This document shows, in pieces, positions 61,037-64,000 of a stretch of 64,000 nucleotides of DNA; positions within the stretch are counted from its first letter, which is position 1, and each line of letters opens with the position of its first letter. The stretch covers positions 6,786,407-6,850,406 of the forward strand of contig MU058584.1 of the NCBI GenBank assembly GCA_013265495.1, read 5' to 3'. Made by a program: the position numbers and the translations under genes. Source of the stretch: Vicugna vicugna (Eukaryota). The notes beneath the pieces are model-generated. The model ran no database searches, was not told the origin of the DNA, and saw only the letters and a program-made list of their open reading frames with translations.

Positions 61037-63580
61037 GTGACACACTCCATTACTGTACAAAAGTGGCAAACATCAAACAAATACCTTACACAAGCAACCT
61101 TCCTTCCTTCTTTCTTTCCTTCTTTCCTTCCTTCCTTCTTCTGTCCATCCATCCGTCCGTCCTTCCTTCCTTCCTTCCTTCCTTCCTTCCTTCCTTCCTT
61201 CCTTCCATCCATCCATCAGGAAAACATGTCCACTCAAAAATATAAGAGTCCACACCCCAAGGCTTGATGTTCATAACCACTCAAAAATATAAGAGTCCAC
61301 ACCCCAAGGCTTGATGTTCATAAGCCAAGGTAATTAAAAGAGTAGAGATTCAGGAGAAATAGAAGATTGAAACCAGTACTGTGAAGAGGCAGTACATTTA
61401 CGGGTTCTGAGTGTAGAACACCTGGGCCCAACTCACTCTACTAGATCCTTGCCGTGTGACCTTAGACAAATCACTTAACTTCTTTGTCTCAACTTCCTTG
61501 TCTTTTAAAATAGAGATAATACTCGTAGCTACCATTCAGAGATGTTATCAAGATTAAGTGGCTAAAACATGTAAACCCTTTAGCAGAGAGCCTAGCCCGC
61601 AGTAAGTACTTAATAAATATTACCTATTAGTACTACCAAATGTAAGTTCAAGTACCTTAAGCTTTTTCAAAGTCTCTAAAAGTAATTATTTAGGGGTTTA
61701 GTATCAAAAATCACTAAAAGAAAAAGTATATTTCAAATAAGAAGCTTTTTAAAAAAAATTCAGACTGATAATAGGAAGTTTAAAAATAAAAATTATTGAA
61801 AAAGGTAAGTCTTCATCGTTTCTTCTGAAAATCAACTCACACCACTCCCCATGTTCCATGTAGGCCTAGACCAGTTTCAAGGCCGCTACCTCCACAGCCG
61901 GGACTACAAGGGCCCAGGCGGGTTCCAGGGGAAGAGGGTCCTCGTGATCGGCCTGGGGAACTCAGGATGTGACATTGCTGTTGAGCTCAGTCGTCTGGCT
62001 GCACAGGTATATGATCTAAAAGGTTTGGGGAAACAAACCTAGTGTACAGCTCTGTTACTACAGCAACAGCCCCGGCAGGGAGGATGGCATTTACCATGTC
62101 ATACCACCCACATCTGCCTGTTGCATATGCCCATTAAGTCAAGGAGGACTTGAGACACTCTGCCTGTGAAGCCAGGTAATGTGGCTCATGCCAGTAAGGA
62201 AGTACATTCTGTTGGAACCAGAGGTAAGTGCATGTGCGTGTGTATATATGTCAGTATGCATTTTTTTGTTTGTTTTAATTTTACCCTCTGATCACCTCCA
62301 AGCAAACTGGTTGCGAGTCAAGCTCTGCCTTTATTTATTTAACAGGATTTCCTATCACCTATTATGCAACAGTACTGGGCTGACTAATCTGAAGTTCTGG
62401 AAGATACACAAGATTTAGTTCCTTCTATTGTTTATCCATTCAGCAGCCAATGCCCAACAAATATTGGGCACTTTTTATGAGTCAGCACTGTGTCAGACAA
62501 GAAATAAACACAGAAATAAATCAGACTACTTCTTGACTTCAAAGGGCAATCAACAGGTGGAGGTGGGATGACAGGTTCCCAGGCCATCACAAAAGGAGGT
62601 AATGAGACTTCAATGACATTAGTGTGGCAGTGGTGGCACCATGAATAGAGAACCTGACTTAGTTGGAATGAAGTTATCAAAGGAGGCTTCCCAGAGGACT
62701 CCAAGCTGAGTCACACATGACCAACAGACCTGGAAGAACTTAGCATACTTTTAAGTAAATAAGTGCTCGATAAGTAAATTATTAAATGGATGTTAAAAAC
62801 TACCTAAGGATTATTTAGTGTCAAATTTCCTTGGGTTACCACAAAAGTGGGAAAATAGGCAAGCAGCGGGCTCATCTCAGGGCTGAGGCAGCTGTCACGG
62901 TTTGGGATGCCTAGCAAGTCCAGGAGTAGGGTGTGTAGGGAGGACTGGAGGAGACCAGACACAGAGAACAGAATTAAATCCTTGGCATCTTCTTGGCCTA
63001 ATTTTAGCTAGGGATTTATATATTTCCCCCATCAACCCAGCAACTACCACCAGTCACCACCACTGAGGCTTACTGGATTACCGTGTCTTTACTAGACCTG
63101 TTAGTCTTGTGAGTCTGCAAAGATTAAACTTGTCACAGTTGAATACAGAACCTTCTTGTTCCAAGATGTCAGGTTCGCATTCTTTTAACACCTACACATT
63201 CACCCTCTGGGTGAGTTTGCTTCTATCTGGTTTCAGTCATGGACTATTCATCTTGACCCACCTCTTTAAAAATGCTCCTGCCTGGATACTGAGGGAAATG
63301 TATGGAGATGCCCATGGGATTCTGTTGTATTTGCTTATTTCTTAGAGTGATGTTGAAATCTATGTTGCCTTCCCCACCAGGTCATTATCAGCACCAGAAG
63401 TGGTTCCTGGGTCATGAGTCGGGTTTGGGATGATGGCTATCCTTGGGACATGGTGTATGTTACCCGCTTTGCATCCTTTCTCCGGAATGCCCTTCCTTCA
63501 TTTGTCTCTGACTGGTTATACGTCAAGAAGATGAACACATGGTTTAAGCATGAGAACTACGGCCTGATGCCTTTAAATGG
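54488..63580 (+). CDS. FMO6: Flavin-containing monooxygenase 6, 5' partial: join(54488-54619,59203-59391,60556-60718,61864-62006,63381-63580); continues beyond the window
   Basis: Same exon sizes as FMO3 (132/189/163/143/200), GT-AG, and open over 275 codons. Motifs [17 protein letters not shown] and GLGNSG. FMO6-type peptides [24 protein letters not shown] and [12 protein letters not shown]. Lies immediately downstream of FMO3, as in the FMO3-FMO6-FMO2-FMO1-FMO4 cluster. Confidence 0.88.
58610..58800. mobile_element. MER5A-like hAT relic
   Basis: 'agtggttctcatgtgtggtccctaggccagcagcac...aatgcaaattttcagcaccc...actgaatcagaag...ggggcccaggaatc'. Confidence 0.7.
61009..61216. repeat. (TG)n and (TTCC/ATCC)n microsatellites
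   Basis: Seen directly: (TG)n at 61009-61035 and a TTCC/ATCC tract at ~61098-61216. Confidence 0.95.
61230..61323. repeat. Perfect 47-bp tandem duplication
   Basis: CCACTCAAAAATATAAGAGTCCACACCCCAAGGCTTGATGTTCATAA occurs twice (61230-61276 and 61277-61323). Confidence 0.95.
61385..61628 (+). mobile_element. MIR SINE
   Basis: 'gtgtgaccttagacaaatcacttaacttctttgtctcaacttccttgtcttttaaaatagagataat...gattaagtg...gtaagtacttaataaatattacc'. Confidence 0.7.
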
Positions 63581-64000
63581 GTACCACAAATAATACATTT
63601 TTTATTTTTTTTAAAAAGTGGGGCACTGGTTTAAGTTGGATTCTTTCTCTCTTTCTCTCTAGGTCTTGGTTTTATTTGCCTTATCGAGGCTGGTGGGATT
63701 GAATTAAGGACTGCATAAGTGATAACAGTATACTCAGAGACCACGAATGAGATGAAGATCTTATTGAAATTAGTCTAGTGGGAAAGGGAGTATGAAAGAA
63801 TACAAAATGGGGATAGAGCAGGCAGCAAGATCTCCCTGACATGCAAGATTTGATTATGGTTTCTACAAGCCATAGCATAGAATTTTGAGAGTGGAGCCAA
63901 TTCATGAATTGGTTTTTTTAGGACTATCTTGTTCATGTTTACGGATGACTAGAGATAGCAATAATAACACTGATTCCTCAAAACTGCACTTAGTAAAATT

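Noticed and set aside
60961..61280. Overlapping low-complexity ORFs (EGRK / PSFL / CVCV repeats)
   Set aside because: These are translations of (TG)n and (TTCC)n microsatellites.
61230..61323. Direct repeat as a CRISPR-like array
   Set aside because: Only two abutting copies, no spacers, and a eukaryotic intron context.

Overview
Mammalian nuclear genomic DNA, probably a camelid judging by a Vic-1-like tRNA-derived SINE. It covers the start of the flavin-containing monooxygenase (FMO) gene cluster. The window holds a complete FMO3 gene on the + strand: 8 coding exons from 20299 to 41357, all GT-AG, 1599 nt spliced, 532 aa plus stop. It also holds the first five coding exons of its tandem paralogue FMO6 (54488-63580, running off the window), with no stop or frameshift so far. 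About 6 kb upstream of the FMO3 start codon lies an old, degraded ~2.5 kb nuclear copy of mitochondrial DNA (NUMT). It runs ND1 to tRNA-I/Q/M, ND2, the WANCY tRNAs and OL, and is then fused directly to an ATP6 fragment. The rest is typical interspersed repeats (L1, L2, MIR, MLT1/MaLR, hAT MERs, solo LTRs) and microsatellites. Nearly all ORFs in the supplied track are spurious. I found no convincing novel biological system. The best second-look items are the rearranged NUMT, the apparently intact FMO6 with a mutated splice acceptor, an inverted templated insertion with a fold-back hairpin in an FMO3 intron, and several notable FMO3 residues. Repeat family names and repeat/NUMT boundaries are by-eye recognitions and approximate.
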